This document shows positions 12,411-26,501 of a stretch of DNA of 64,000 nt, piece by piece (the first letter of the stretch is position 1; the number at the start of each line of letters is the position of its first letter). The notes under the pieces are model-generated. The model did not search any database. It saw only the letters and a list, made by a program, of their open reading frames with translations, and was not told where the DNA came from. The position numbers were made by a program, and so were the translations under genes. This DNA is from Felis catus. Its lineage: Eukaryota. The stretch lies in contig NC_058368.1 in assembly GCF_018350175.1 (NCBI RefSeq), forward strand, positions 183,212,001-183,276,000, given 5' to 3'.

Positions 12411-14587
12411 TCTCAAGGTCACTAACCTGGGTGTTTTTTTCTTCCTTTTTAACAAATGGAGAGCAAGGAATGAAAGAAACAAACTGAGAAGGCATACAAC
12501 TTAATTCCTTTATTATAGTTGTCCAGTTAAAAAGCCAAATGTGGAAGACGTGAAAATGAGGATTGCTTGAAAGGAATATTTCTCTCAATAGCATGTAGGC
12601 GGTGGAAAGCTTTGTTTGTGTGTCTACAGGAGAGAAGATGAGAGACAAGCAGTGGTCATGCTTCTTCTGTTTGGTGGCATGCAGTGAATAATTGATCATC
12701 CTTCTCTTCTTGATTCAATCACTAATTCTCTCAGGGTGCACATCTACATGTGTCATGATCACAATTAAGCCAGCAGAGGATCCTGATGAACCCAGGAGGC
12801 TTCCTTCTATCTGAGATGCCATTTATAACCCAAATGAAAAATTAAATGGGAAAAGCAAGAAAATGCCTCTAAAGGTTTACTTTTTTTTTTCAACCTTTAC
12901 TCTGCCCTGTATTGTTTGACAAGGCAGACCACACATTCTCCAAGCAAATGCCATACTCAAGGTGCAAGCCAAAGAACTGAATCCATGTAAGACTTTACAA
13001 AAGGAGACAGAACCCTCTGGTAATTGGCAACAGCACTACTACTCATTTTTCAAAGAAACTTTTGCAGTGTTTTAAAAGAGTAATTCCACCCATTATTATC
13101 CTAAGTGCCTGATAATTTTAGATTACCCTAAATGCAAAGGAATATATATCTTTATACTTTCAGGAAACCAATACCTGTTAAGTCAAGGAGCATATTTTCA
13201 GGCTCACATTTTCTTTTTATTCTTTTTTTTTGTTGGTTTTTTGTTTTTCAGGTTTATATTTTCAATTGTCATATTATATATCAGTTACTTGCTAAATACA
13301 AAGTTTTGAGGCAAAACAAAAGATTTTCAAATGTAGAACTAGATTTCAGAACTTAAAGTGTTTTCAGGAAAATTTCTGAACCATACCTAGGAATTGGGTA
13401 CAGCCATATCACTTTAAGGACAATTCTCTGTATTTGGGTTTTTGCCCCCTCCACCACCCCCCCCATGAAAAAGACAAATCCTGCATTGCCTTCTCATTAA
13501 GGAAAAAGTAACTGCAAAGACAGCATATTTCTAGAGTAAACAAATCTCCCAGAGGCTGTATTTTTGATAAGTATTTGTGCAGTGCTAGTTTGAAGGTTTA
13601 ACGGTGTGTAGTGTTTCACTTTAATAGTCAGACTAGCAAGCTATAACAAATGCACTTTAAAAACTTTACACTCCGTGAGCTGTGCTTTGACAGGCCTTCC
13701 TTGGAATCAGGAGGTAATACCGCTTCTCAGTGAGCCATAGTTACATTTCAAGCTGAAGAGGAAATTATTCTTGAACCATTGGATCTGTTGGTAATTTGTG
13801 GCTCAGTTTATGGTGGCCTTTTAAAATTCACCCTGTCTCACTAGGTTTGCCTAGACAGAGCTCAGAGTAGAGAGATTATGCAAAGGTGATGACTGCTTAC
13901 AGAAGGAAGCAGCCTAAGTTGGGGATTCAGTCAGAAGTCTGTATGAGTGTGCTAATCAAGAATACGCACTGAAGGCCCAATTATGCCCATTGCATACATG
14001 TTGCATTTTTTACTTAGACATGTAATAGGTGAAGGTATTTCCAGAAAACATAACAAAATACAAAAGCTATGTGAAACTTTCTATAACAATTTCATATATA
14101 ATTTTTTTTCAATACCCTAACACAGGATGAGTGAATCTCTGTATATATAAGGGTATATACATTTGCACACATACATATATGTACACATGCACATATACAC
14201 ACACATACTTGTTTTCTCACAAATGTCTGTATTTTCCCCATTATCATATATTGAACATAGTCCCCCTCATCATTATTTAATTTTCAAAACTGAATTGGGG
14301 TTTACATATATGGGTTCTGTACCAGACTTCTTGGATTCAAATCCGCATTTCATCATGACTACTCTTGAAATATTCTTAACCTCCTTCGACCTCAGTTTCT
14401 TCAACTATCAAGAGGAAAATAATAATACCAAAGTCTCACTTCAAAGTCACTAGAATTTGATAATGCAAGTAGTTTGCTTTGTATATGGAGTACATCAAAA
14501 TGAAAGTTATAAATAATAGTACCTTCTCATAAGAAAAACAGTTTCTGGAAGAGCAAGTAATAAAGACTTAACTACTACTTAATGGCT

Positions 14588-15000
14588 GCTAGTTATGATT
14601 TTTCTGGCTGCAAACATCAAGTTTACTAGTACTGGCTCAGCATGTTCAAGGATCGAGGGGCATGTGATACAACTCAAGAGCAGAATGTAAAGTCAGGAAA
14701 CCTAGAATCAAGAAAAGGAAAGCCATGAGGTATCAAAGTTTCTGCTCTCTTGGTTTCTTAGTTACTGGGGTCAAATAGGCTCATCTTGACTGGTGTGTTT
14801 CAATCTGCAGACTGCTTTCCTCTGGGTTTCTTTACGTATAATACCCACACAGCTCTCGAGAATGTGAACTTGGTTCTACTCACATGCCACCAACAAACTG
14901 GAGAGAAAAGCCACATGCCCAGTCTGCACTAGGAATCCATTCCTGACCCATGCAGCTGTGTCCCAGACCGCAGGTACTTAGAGCCCACTCTTGTTGGTAA
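14588..15000. mobile_element. Possible ancient ERVL solo LTR (LTR33-like)
   Basis: Weak resemblance to remembered LTR33 motifs (ggctgcaaaca, tctgcagactgctttcctctg, cagctgtgtcc). Confidence 0.35.
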
Positions 15001-16124
15001 ATACGAAAGTTCTCAGAGCCAGAGAAACATTAAGAGCTGGCCACATTTCCCAAAAGATGCTAAAGACGATGTACATATTGATTATAATCTTTGGTTAAGT
15101 AAAAGCATAAAACAATAGTATAGTCTCATGCAGTAAAGCTTCTTGCTCATTGAGTGTCATGAAATATTTTTTTTTCTTTCCTCCTACTAGTGGGTTGAAA
15201 TATTTCTTAGATATGTTATTCCATATATACCTTGGAAAGTACATTGTAGAAAACCTAATTTATTTTTCCCATGATTCATGAGCAGCCTCAGGGCTAAAAA
15301 TTGGTTCACCAGAGATCAGAATTAATCTTGACTGATCCTAGTCACATTGTAGAAAAAAAATTATTCACTTACGATATAATTCTTTTGTCATAGCTATTGT
15401 TATTGCTGTTAAATTCTTTATCCTTCAGTTGGAGCTCAGAAAGAGAAAACAATGCTGATTAATTGAGTTTTTCATTTAATCAGTGGTTCACTCTATTTAG
15501 AATCTCAGTGGGTTTTCCGAGGAGATTCACAAGGAAATCTTGGTGGGTGTGATACAACTTAATAAGCGTGATGCAGAGAGTGTTCGAAAAAGAAGTATTC
15601 CACAGGGAGTTTCTCAAAAATATTGTCAGTGATAGATGGTGCTCAGACATTCATGGATTTGAATGCTGCCTGTGTGTGATAAGAAAACTTCAATTCAGAG
15701 AAAGATCAAAAGACCAGTAGTAAACATATTTCTTCCTAAAAATACAGAAGCATATAGGAATGAATGTGTCCTTAAGACTCTATGATATGCACCTGGCTGG
15801 TCCTGAGGTCCAGGTTCCCTGCACTGTCAAGTCACAAACAGATGCACATACAACTGATACATTTCTACAATTTCCTTATTCATACTTCTAAAAGTTTATG
15901 CTTTCAGAAAAGATTCAAATTCATCCTATTGGAACCCTCCTGTTTTAGTTGCCGATCTTACACAGCAAACATAATTTTATAATTATTTATTTAATTTGCC
16001 ATTATTTATTATTATATTTTGAAGCTCCTCAAAATAAAATTAAACATTATTGTCACAGGGCAAAGAGCACACCAAAATGGGAAATGCATGAAGAATTTGA
16101 ACTAATACATTAAAAGCATTTTTA

Positions 16125-16340
16125 GGGGCGCCTGGGTGGCGCAGTCGGTTAAGCGTCCGACTTCAGCCAGGTCACGATCTCGCGGTCCGTGAGTTCGAGC
16201 CCCGCGTCAGGCTCTGGGCTGATGGCTCAGAGCCTGGAGCCTGTTTCCGATTCTGTGTCTCCCTCTCTCTCTGCCCCTCCCCCGTTCATGCTCTGTCTCT
16301 CTCTGTCCCAAAAATAAATAAACGTTGAAAAAAAAATTTT
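16125..16340 (+). mobile_element. Young CanSINE SINEC_Fc, CpG-rich, Pol III A/B boxes intact
   Basis: ggggcgcctgggtggcgcagtcggttaagcg...gagttcgagccc...(ct)n...aataaa; TSD aaaagcattttta at 16112-16124 and 16341-16353, preceded by tt. Confidence 0.98.
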
Positions 16341-17572
16341 AAAAGCATTTTTATAATTTTTGCTAGAGGTGATGTTAGCAGATTTACAAAGTACATCCAT
16401 TCAGATTTCATGTAGGAAGTAACTTTTTAAATGTTACTTATTTAGATAAGAATTACTAAATAATAAATATTGTTCAATTTCAAGTATAAGCATTAGGTAC
16501 TATGATCACAACAGAGTAGGAAATGAGGACATTAGAACAATGCGGTGATGTAATTCCCATCCTAAAACAATTTATGACATTACTAGGAATTGGGGAATTA
16601 GAAAAATAACCAATTAAAAGATAAAGTGATATAATAAAGTGCTAAATCATGCAGATACAATAGAGGTTCAGATATGACAGATCACCTGTCTCTGGCTTCA
16701 TACATGACTTTCCATGGTGAGAAATGCAAGAGGCATTGCTGAACTGGATTATAACACTGCTTATAACTTTCAGACCATAAAATAAATGGAGACTCTTTAC
16801 CAGTGGCTGTTTCCTTGTAGCAAAGAGCCATATGGGCAAAATTGTTGAGAATTAACTCAGAAGTGTCATTTGTATAGCAAGAAAAGAAAAGTTAACACTT
16901 TAAAATTTTTATTCAATCTGGGTAGAGAAAAAAATTAAGGACATTCTAGGTACGTACCTTGGTAGTGACAATCTACCAATGTCAAAAAGTTCATTACTTA
17001 GCATTTCCTAATATATTTCTTCAAATAAAATGTGTTGTAGACAACTGGAAGCTAGCAGTTGGGCTTTAAAGAAAGCAACATTAAAACCTCTTGCCTTTGG
17101 AAAAGAAATAGTGAAAGTGAATCACTGGCAGGATGAGAGCAGTATTATAAATCAGCAAAGATGAACACATAGATGCACCTGGCCCATGATAGAAAATAAA
17201 AAGTTACCACACTCTCCAGGATTACTATTCCTTTTACCTTGATATTTCTACAGATCACAATACATGGCAAAATGATAAGTGACAATTAGGGGGAGAAATT
17301 AAAAGTTACAAAGCATATTTCCTGATATACAACATAATCATGAGAGTGTCCAGAATTTAAATTGATGAAATCTGAATAATGCTGGGTAATACACGTATCT
17401 CTCAGTTTACACAAAATCTGTGTCAATAGCTCAGAAAAAGTAGATTCAATAGACTCTAAGAGAAACCCAAAGATCCAGAGGCTTGATAACTAAATGAGGA
17501 ATGACACTGAAAAAACCAATGCTAAGATCGTTAGGAATCAACAAACATATGGCATGAACTTAAAGGGTCAGA

Positions 17573-18258
17573 TTTTTCATTGCAATATTATTTATAACAG
17601 CCAAGATATTGAAGCAACATGTGTCCATCAACAGAAAAATGGATAAAGAAGATTGCACATATATATATATATATACATATATATATACATATATATATAC
17701 ATATATATACATATATATACATATACATATATATATATATACACATATATACATACACAAATATATATGTACATACATACATATAGATATGTGGAATATT
17801 AGCCATAAAAAAGAATTGAATTTTGCCATTTGTGACAATGTGGATGGACTTAGAGGGTATTATGCTAAGTGAAATAAGACAGAAAAAAACAAATACCGTA
17901 CAATTTAACTTGTACATGGAATCATTAAGCAATGGACAAGCAAAACAGAAATAAACTCATAGATCAAGGAAACAGACTGCTGGTTACCAGAGTGGGGAGG
18001 TATTGAGGTGGGCTGGTGAAATAGGTGAAGGGGATTAAGAGGTACAAACTTCCAGCTATAATAAATAAGTCATGGGGATGTAATACACAGCAAAGGGAAT
18101 ATAGTCAATAATATTGTAATACCTTTGTATGGTGACAGATGGCAACTAGATTTATCATGGGGTTTATTTCTTAATGTATAAAAATATTGAAACACTATGA
18201 TGTACACCTGAAACTAATATTATATTGCGTGTCAATTACACTTCAATAAAATAAAAAT
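17573..18258 (+). mobile_element. Old L1 3' end (L1MA9/L1_Carn-like) with internal (TA)-rich expansion
   Basis: ttcattgca...gccaagata...ggataaagaaga...atgctaagtgaaataagac...tgtacacctgaaactaata...aataaaataaaaa. Confidence 0.9.
17657..17790. repeat. (TA/CA)n microsatellite inside L1
   Basis: catatatatata(ta) units. Confidence 0.95.
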
Positions 18259-18776
18259 AGCCAAATCTTATCCAGGTTGCTTTAAACTAAAAATGCAAAA
18301 GATTATATTCCACAAAGAATTTTCTCTAAAAAAAAAAAGTCTGCCCAAACTGAAAATCATCAGCAAACCAAATCTGATCTTTATCTTTTGTTCAGGAATC
18401 TTTAATGTGGAACTACACATTGGGCCCTGTGAAGTCTAGGTAGGTAGATCAAGGAAGAAGAATTCCCTCTCTTTCTGAGATTTTTAACCAATTTACAAAT
18501 AGTGCTGGAAATTAGAACACTTAAATACTAGTCTTAATTGTGCTCTCTTTGTGTGTTCCTGTGGCTCAACATATAATATTCTTATATTAACATAAATAGG
18601 TGCAGTGGGACATTTTTAGTGAGTATGGATTATCACAGAATTCTTACATTTACAGGTTTGGAAAAACAGCAAAAGTTGTCTTAAGTAAAAATATTTGCTA
18701 GTAAAGACTATAAAATTAGTATCCACCCAAACACTCCTTTTGCATAACAGAAGAGTCAATGGAAAATGCTACTACA

Positions 18777-19035
<259 letters not shown>

Positions 19036-19164
19036 AAAATGCTACTGCAGGATACTAAACCCCAGAGGTGTTATAAGGAACATGCTCCACATATAATTTT
19101 ATGAGAGAAGTTTATTTTGGATATAGATGCCATTGTTTCAAATATATACATTTTGGGGGCTGCC

Positions 19165-19373
19165 TAGTTTCAAATTGTCGCTCTACCACGTACTAACTCT
19201 GAGACTTTGGACAGGTAGCAATCTCTCCATGCTCTAGTTTTTGATCTGTGAAATGAGACAACAGGTGTTTTCATTACACAGTGATGTTGTAAGGATGAAA
19301 TGAAATAATGCCTTTAAGGCATTTAGAACAGAGCCTCACACATAATGAGAATTCAATAAATGTTAGCTATTAC
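19165..19373 (+). mobile_element. MIR SINE
   Basis: gctctaccac.tactaactctgagactttggacag...gttgtaaggatgaaatgaaataat...caataaatgttagctatta. Confidence 0.85.
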
Positions 19374-20512
19374 TAAGATAAGAAGAAATTATGCAACTAT
19401 AGAATTGATGGAAATACAAATAATGACGAACCAATAAAGTTGTACTTGAAAAAGAAAAGGTGTGTTTTAAAAGGGTATATTTTAGAAGAAAACGATTTAG
19501 GTAACAAATATGAATAGAAGCTGTTAGGAAAGTTGATGAAGTCCTTGAATATTTTTGTAGTCATGAGTCTTACTATGATCTTACTGCAAAAGTCAAAAGG
19601 CAAGTAAATAAAGTTATGCATTTGTATCATTTAATTTGGTGGAATTTGCATATTAAAAATCACCACTTTATTACTTATTCAGTGAGTTAATTATACTCTA
19701 AGTTTTTAAATAGAAAAAGTGTTTCCACAGTTTTTAATTTCTTTTCATGAAAAGTTCTAATAAAACTTATTTTCACTATTATGACATTTTAGGTTTGAGT
19801 AGATTCATTTTAGCTGAGCTTCTTCTGGTTCTTTCTGTAATTAAATAGGAAAATTCTTGGTTGGCTATCCATAAACATACATACCTGTTTGCCATCGGAT
19901 TCTGTGTATGTGTACATGTAGCCACAAAATTGCAAATAAAAATATTTCTTTTAGAAATATAAACAACTAATCAAAGTTCGCAGTAATAATGAACCAACCA
20001 GCCAACTAATTTAATATTTCAGTATAGAAATTGTGCATTATTTATGATAAATATTTTGATTCTAATTGGTTATTTGGAGTATCTTACATACCCCATTACA
20101 TGTATAATTAAAATAGAGGATCTTTATAAGCTAACCAGTGATGATCCTTCACAAGAAAAGGCAAACTAATACTGATTCATGAAAACACAAACCTTTCTTT
20201 TACTGAAGCAGAAGTAAATAAAGAAGTTAAATCTTTAGCCTTAATACATAAAGTTTGAGGAGAATTGCCATTCCAACAGAATTTTCCAGTGGACTGAAAA
20301 ATGAATGAAAAGCAGGATACCTAAGATCTTCACCTCATTTTTTTCTGTCTTTAGAAGGATTATTGAATCTTGTGTCTCTGAAATGCAGTGTCTATATTCT
20401 AAAAACATACCCTTTGAATAGATCCCCAGTGGCTAAAATAAAAAATTTTGCAAAGGTGCTAGTTAACCCAATTTCACAACAGAACCATTTACACACATTA
20501 AAATTCAAATGT

Positions 20513-20725
20513 GGGGCGCCTGGGTGGCTCAGTCGGTTAAGCGTCCAACTTCAGCTCAGGTCATGATCTCACGGTCTGTGAGTTCGAGCCCCGCGTCGGG
20601 CTCTGTGCTGACAACTCAGAGCCTGGAGCCTGCTTCCGATTCTGTGTCTCCCTCTTTCTCTGACCCTCCCCCGTTCATGCTCTGTCTCTCTTTGTCTCAA
20701 AAATAAATAAACATTAAAAAAATTT
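20513..20725 (+). mobile_element. CanSINE SINEC_Fc
   Basis: Full body; TSD aaaattcaaatgt(g) at 20500-20512 and 20726-20738. Confidence 0.98.
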
Positions 20726-21514
20726 AAAATTCAAATGTGAAATTAATTGTGACTTGACCTGGCAGATTCAGCAAAACAATGAGCTTATTAAAAAGTGACA
20801 GTAAATAGAGGGTTTGAGAATTTTCCACGGTGCCTTGGAAGTTAAAGAAAGGCAAAACAAAGTGCTTTGTTCTTAAACAGGGAACTGTTTGTTTTTAGCT
20901 TAATGTGAGTTAAAATAATTTGGCATTTTCATTATTGTGCACTCCTGCATTCAACAAAAATTTACTAGATTCTGATTATGTAGTAGGCCTATCCTATATA
21001 CAATAGATATAGCCATAAGTAAATTAAAAATGATCCTGACCCCAAGGTGTCTACATTCCAGTAGGGAACATAAGTTCCTACTGACAAAGTAATAACTAAT
21101 AGCAAATGCAATGAGTGTGGGTTTTTTTGGTTTTTTTTAGATGGATAGAAAAAAAAAATACTGTAAGAAACTCCATTTTAAGTATAGTGGTTTTACATTT
21201 ATTTAGTTAGTTATTTTTACATTTATAAATAGATAAAGCCTTTCTCAAATTTGAATCGCAAACACACAGGCACACACACACAGTGTTTTAAAGAAAATAA
21301 CTCTCAGATTTGTAACAGAGCTGTAACAGATTTTGGAAACTAAAGTTTATGCTATGAAAGTGTTTCATAACTATGGGCTTTAAACTTTTTTTTTTGCCTT
21401 TATAACTAGTAAAATTAATATTAAAAAATAACAGAATGCTGAACCTTCCAACACTCCCAAATATATTTGCAGACTCACTTTAAGAAACCACTTTAAAAGA
21501 CTTCCTAGACTCTT

Positions 21515-21712
21515 TTTTTTTTTACGTTTATTTATTTTTGAGAGAAAGAGTGTGACAGAGTACAAGCAGGGGAGGGGCAGAGAGAGAGGGGGAGACACAG
21601 AATCCAAAACAGGCTCCTGGCTCTGAGCTGTCAGCACAGAGCCCATGCGGGGCTTGATCCCAGATGAGCAGAAGCCAGGTGTTTAACTAACTGAGCCACC
21701 CATGTGCCCCCT
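21515..21712 (-). mobile_element. CanSINE with small internal deletion
   Basis: TSD gacttcctagactctt at 21499-21514 and 21713-21728. Confidence 0.95.
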
Positions 21713-22429
21713 GACTTCCTAGACTCTTAACCTGGAGAAACCAAATGTCACTATCTATAATACTTATGCATTTTGACATAATGCCTTTACAGTTACAAAC
21801 AATGAATGTCACTATTCAATGGTATTCATTCATTCTTTCGTATATTCTTTAATTAATTACTTCACTTATCTATTCATATATATACAACCACTCTATGCTG
21901 AGAAATCTAAGAATCTAAAAGAGTAAGAAAATGGTAGAGATAGGCTTGACACAAATATAATGAGGAATAGTGTACAATCCCTTTGTGAGTTTTTTGTTTA
22001 GAAACAAATAATGTTGGCATGTGAAGAGAAAGTATTTGTAATTGGCACACTTGATATTTAATAAATATTACAAAAGCTATAGAGTACAGTCAATAACTTT
22101 TATAGGACAATGTGGCTGTGGTCGTTAGCATTCTATGTATCTGAACATCATATGGATAAGAGATATGAAGTCTAGAAAAATGAAGTAAATTTTGCGGGTT
22201 TTACATTAAGGAAGTAACAAAGCTGAAAGTATAACACAAGTTTCCCATCACTTGCCTTACTTAGTTTTCTTTTAACAATGATATACCGGTCTTTTCCAGA
22301 AGTGCACCTGAGAAGATAATGTTCCAAAACATTCTTCACCATTTAAGTTTTATAAAATTCCTTACTCAAAAAATTTTAATTTTTCAAAAATCAAAGTGTG
22401 GTATACTGGCAAAGAAAAGATATCCTATT

Positions 22430-22644
22430 GGGGTGCCTGGGTGGCTGAGTCAGTTAAGAAAGAGTCTGACTTTAGCTCAGGTCATCATCTCGCAGTTTGT
22501 GGGTTTGAGCTCTGCGTGGGGCTCTGTGCTGACAGCTCAGAGTCTGGAGCCCGCTTCGGATTCTCTGTCTCCCTTCTCTCTCTGTCCCTCCCCTGCTCAT
22601 ACTCTGTTTCTCTCTGTCTCTCAAAAAGGAATAAACATTAAAAA
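22430..22644 (+). mobile_element. CanSINE
   Basis: TSD aaagaaaag(a/g)tatcctatt at 22411-22429 and 22645-22663. Confidence 0.96.
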
Positions 22645-23253
22645 AAAGAAAAGGTATCCTATTAAATACCACATGCAATTCTATGTAAGAATCTTTACAA
22701 CAAGCCAGGGATGGCATTGTAATTGTGCATTTTCACTTTTAAATGGAGACAACCCTCAAAAGGAGATATCAAAAAGAGCTGTATCAAAATTATAGGTTGA
22801 AATATATTCTTTTTATTAAGAAAAAATTCATCTAAGATATAGAAAGTAATGTTTCCTCTTTCAAAATGAAAAAAAATGAATTTTTATGAAGAGAAACATA
22901 ATTCAAAGTTTCAATACCTGCATTTAGAAAAATTGGAAGACAAATGTGATGGATGATTGGTAATCACAAGTTAAAAATTATTGCAGTTATTAGTGTTTTT
23001 ACTAATGATTAGACATGATCCATCTCTTAAATGGCCATATTTAATGACAGTGTACTATCCTTTTGTGATGTTTATCCAACTCTATTTAACAGAAGGAAAC
23101 CTTATTTCTATGAAAACTCACTGAAAATTCTATTTGAAAAATTCAAAAATTTACTTAAAAGCTTTTGTCACCACATAATATATGACTGGAAAAAGTGATC
23201 TTTATAGATAAGATTGTTGCTAAAAATGCACATTTTTATTTGTCTAGAGAGGA

Positions 23254-24635
23254 ATACTAGCACCTAAGTACACAAAGCAAACATCAACAAACATAGGGAG
23301 AAATAGACAACAATACAGTAATAGTAGGGGACTTTAATACCCTGCTTTCATCAATAGATCACCCAGACAAAAAATCACTAAGTACACATTAGACTTAAAT
23401 GACACATTAGACCACTTGGAGTTACCAGACGCTTATAGAACACTCTATTGCATAACAACAAAATATACTTTTCAACCACATAGGGACCACTCTTCAGCAT
23501 ATACCATATGTTTGGCCACAAAACAAGTCTTAATTTCAAGAGGACTGAAATCATATTAACCATTTTTTTTAATCACAAAAGGAGGAAACTAGAAATTAAT
23601 TACAGGAACAAAACTGGAGAATTAAAATATGTGTAGATTAATGGCAAGGGTCCTGAACAACCAATTGTTCAAAGAAAGAAAATGAGAAAAAAAAATACCT
23701 AGGAGAAAATGGAAATGGAAATGGAACATACCAAAACTTATGGGATGCAGCAAAAGCAGTTCTAAGAGAAAAGTTCATAGCAACAAATTTTATTTCAAGA
23801 AACATGCAAAGTCTCAAATAAACAACTTTACTTTATATTCAAGAAGCTAAAAGAGAACAAAGGCCAAAGGTGGTTGAAGGGAAACATGACAAGATTAGAA
23901 CAGAAATAAATGAAATAGAGACTAAAAAGACAACAGAAAAGATCAATAAAACTAAAAACTGGTTCTTTGCAAAATAGACACAATTGACAAGACTTTAGCT
24001 AGATTCACCAAGAAAAAGAAAAGAATTCAAATAAATAAGATCACAAGTACAAGAGGAGACATTACAATTGATACCAAAGAAAAATGCAAAAATATTGTAA
24101 GACAGTACTATAAGCAATTACATACTAACAAATTGGACAGCGTAGAAGAAATGGATAAATTCCTAGAAATGTACAACTTACTAAGGCTACCTACATGATG
24201 AAACATAAAATCTTAACAGACAGATTATTAGCAAGGAGACTGAATCAGAAATCCAAACTCTCCAAACAAAGAAATAGCTTTACTGGTGACTTGTGCCAAA
24301 CTTTCAAAGAAGAGTTAATACTAAACCTTCTCAAACTCTTTCAAATAACCAAAGAGGTGGGAACTATCCCAAGCTTATTTAATAAGGCCAGTGTTACCCT
24401 GAAACCAAAACCAGATTAGGATGTCACAAGAAAAGAAAATTACAGGTCACTATTCCTGATGAACATATATGTAAAAAATACTCAACAAATTATTAGCAGG
24501 TTGAATTCAACAATACATTGAAAGGACCATACACCATAACCAAGCTTGATTTATTCTAGGGATGCAAGGATGGTTCAACATTGGCAGATCAATCAAGGTG
24601 ATATACCACATTAATGAAATAAAGAATAAAAATGA
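23254..24635 (+). mobile_element. Old 5'-truncated L1, left half (degenerate ORF2, endonuclease to start of RT)
   Basis: Collinear with young L1 ORF2: gtaggggactttaatacc (VGDFNT), tgggatgcagcaaaagcagttctaaga (WDAAKAVLR), gggatgcaaggatggttcaac (GMQGWFN); many frameshifts. Confidence 0.93.
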
Positions 24636-25556
24636 AGAATCCTGGGAAGATGGCAGCGTCTGCTGGGCTCACCGCACTTTCTGCTGATCACTTAGATTCC
24701 ACCCACACCTACCTAAATAACCCAGAAAACCGCCAGAAGTCTAGCCGAACGGAGTCCCCGGAGCCAAGCGCAGACGAGAGGCCCATGGAAGAGGGTAGGA
24801 AGGGCGGCAAGGTGGTGCGCGCTCCACGGACTGGCTGGAGGGAGCCGGGGTGGAGGGGCAGCCCGCCGGCCAAGCAGAGCCCCCCGAGTCAGGCTTGCAA
24901 AAGCAGAGGGGCCGGACAGAGTGTGTTCCGACAGCAAGTGGGACTTGACATATAGAAGGTTATAAGCTAACAGCTCTGCTTGGAGAATGGAGAACGGGAG
25001 GGTTGGAGGACAACAGGAGGGAGAGTTGTTGAGCCCCGGACGACAGAGCTCAGCTTGGAGAGGAACAAAGGCTCTCGACAGTGCCATCTCCCTTGCTCAC
25101 CCCCCAGTCAAAATCCCAAAGGGAAACAGTACTTGTCAGGGAACTTGCAGCACACAAACACCCAATGCTGTGCTTCTGCGGATCCATCCCTCTGGCGGGT
25201 CTGACTCCCTTCTGGTGCCTCAGGGCCCCTCCCGAAGCAGATCTCCAAAGGGAAAGCTAGCTGAGCCTGCCCCCCCTGCCCTTGTGAATCTTGCCGATCC
25301 ACCCCAGCTAATACCCAGATCCCCAGCACCACAAGCCTGGCAGTGTGCAAGTACCCAGACGGGCCACGCCACCCCACAGTGAATCCCGCCCCTAGAAGAG
25401 GGGAAGAGAAGGCACACACCAGTCTGACTGTGGCCCCAGCTGTGGGCAGGGGGCAGACATCAGGTCTGACTGTGGCCCCAACCACCAACTCCAGTTATAC
25501 ACCACAGCACAGGGGAAGTGCCCCGCAGTCCCACACCACTCCAGGGACTATCCAAA

Positions 25557-26451
25557 ATAATGAAAGGTAAGAATTCCCCTCAGAAAAACGTCCAGAAAAT
25601 AACAACAGCTAATGAACTAATCAAAAATGATTTAAACAATATAACAGAAAGTGAATTTAGAATAATAGTCATAAAATTAATCACTGGGCTTGAAAACAGT
25701 ATGAGGGACAGCAGAGAATCTCTTGCTACAGAGATCAAGGGACTAAGGAACAGCCAGGAGGAGCTAAAAAATGCTATCAATGAGATGCAAAATAAAATGG
25801 AGACAACTACGGCTCGGCTTGAAGAGGCAGAGGAGCGAATAGGCAAACTAGAAGATAAAATTATGGAAAAAGAAGAAGCTGAGAAAAAGAGAGAGAAAAA
25901 AATCCAGGAGTATGAGGGGAAAATTAAGAGAACTAAGTGATGCACTAAGGAGAAATAATATACGCATAATTGGTATTCCAGAGGAGGAAGAGAGAGGGAA
26001 AGGTGATGAACGTGTACTTGAAGAAATAATAGCTGAGAACTTCCCGGATCTGGGGAAGGAAAAAGGCATTGAAGTCCAAGAGGCACAGAGAACTCCCTTC
26101 AGACGTAACTTGAATCGATCTTCTGCATGACATATCATAGTGAAACTGGCAAAATACAAGGATAAAGAGAAAATTCTGAAAGCAGCTAGAGATAAACGTG
26201 CTCTAACATATAAAGGGAGACCTATAAGACTCATGACTGATCTCTCTTTTGAAACTTGGCAGGCCAGAAAGGAATGGCAGGAGATCTTCCATGTGATAAA
26301 CAGAAAAAATATGCAGCCGAGAATACTTTATCCAGCAAGTCTGTCATTTAGAATAGAAGGAGAGATAAAGGTCTTCCCAAACAAACAAAAACTGAAGGAA
26401 TTCGTCACCACTAAACCAGCCCTACAAGAGATCCTAAGGGGGATCCTGTGA
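25557..26451 (+). pseudogene. L1 ORF1p pseudogene (copy A)
   Basis: ORF pieces 25518-25940, 25912-26130 and 26140-26451 match copy B ORF1p; +1 A near 25927, CGA>TGA at 26128-26130, original ATG is now ATA. Confidence 0.95.
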
Positions 26452-26501
26452 GACAAAGTACCAGAGACATCGCTACAAGCATGAAACCTATGGACATCAC
26501 A

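Noticed and set aside
16125..16205. tRNA-like A-box/B-box sequence
   Set aside because: tRNA-derived head of a CanSINE followed by (CT)n, poly-A and TSD; not a tRNA gene
17560..17932. YI/IY-repeat ORFs (also 12343-12699, 18852-19104, 56861-57214)
   Set aside because: Translations of (TA)n, (CA)n and (CT)n microsatellites
22319..22795. 158-aa ORF and other ORFs containing GSVLTAQSLEPA
   Set aside because: Read-through of CanSINE sequence, not host genes
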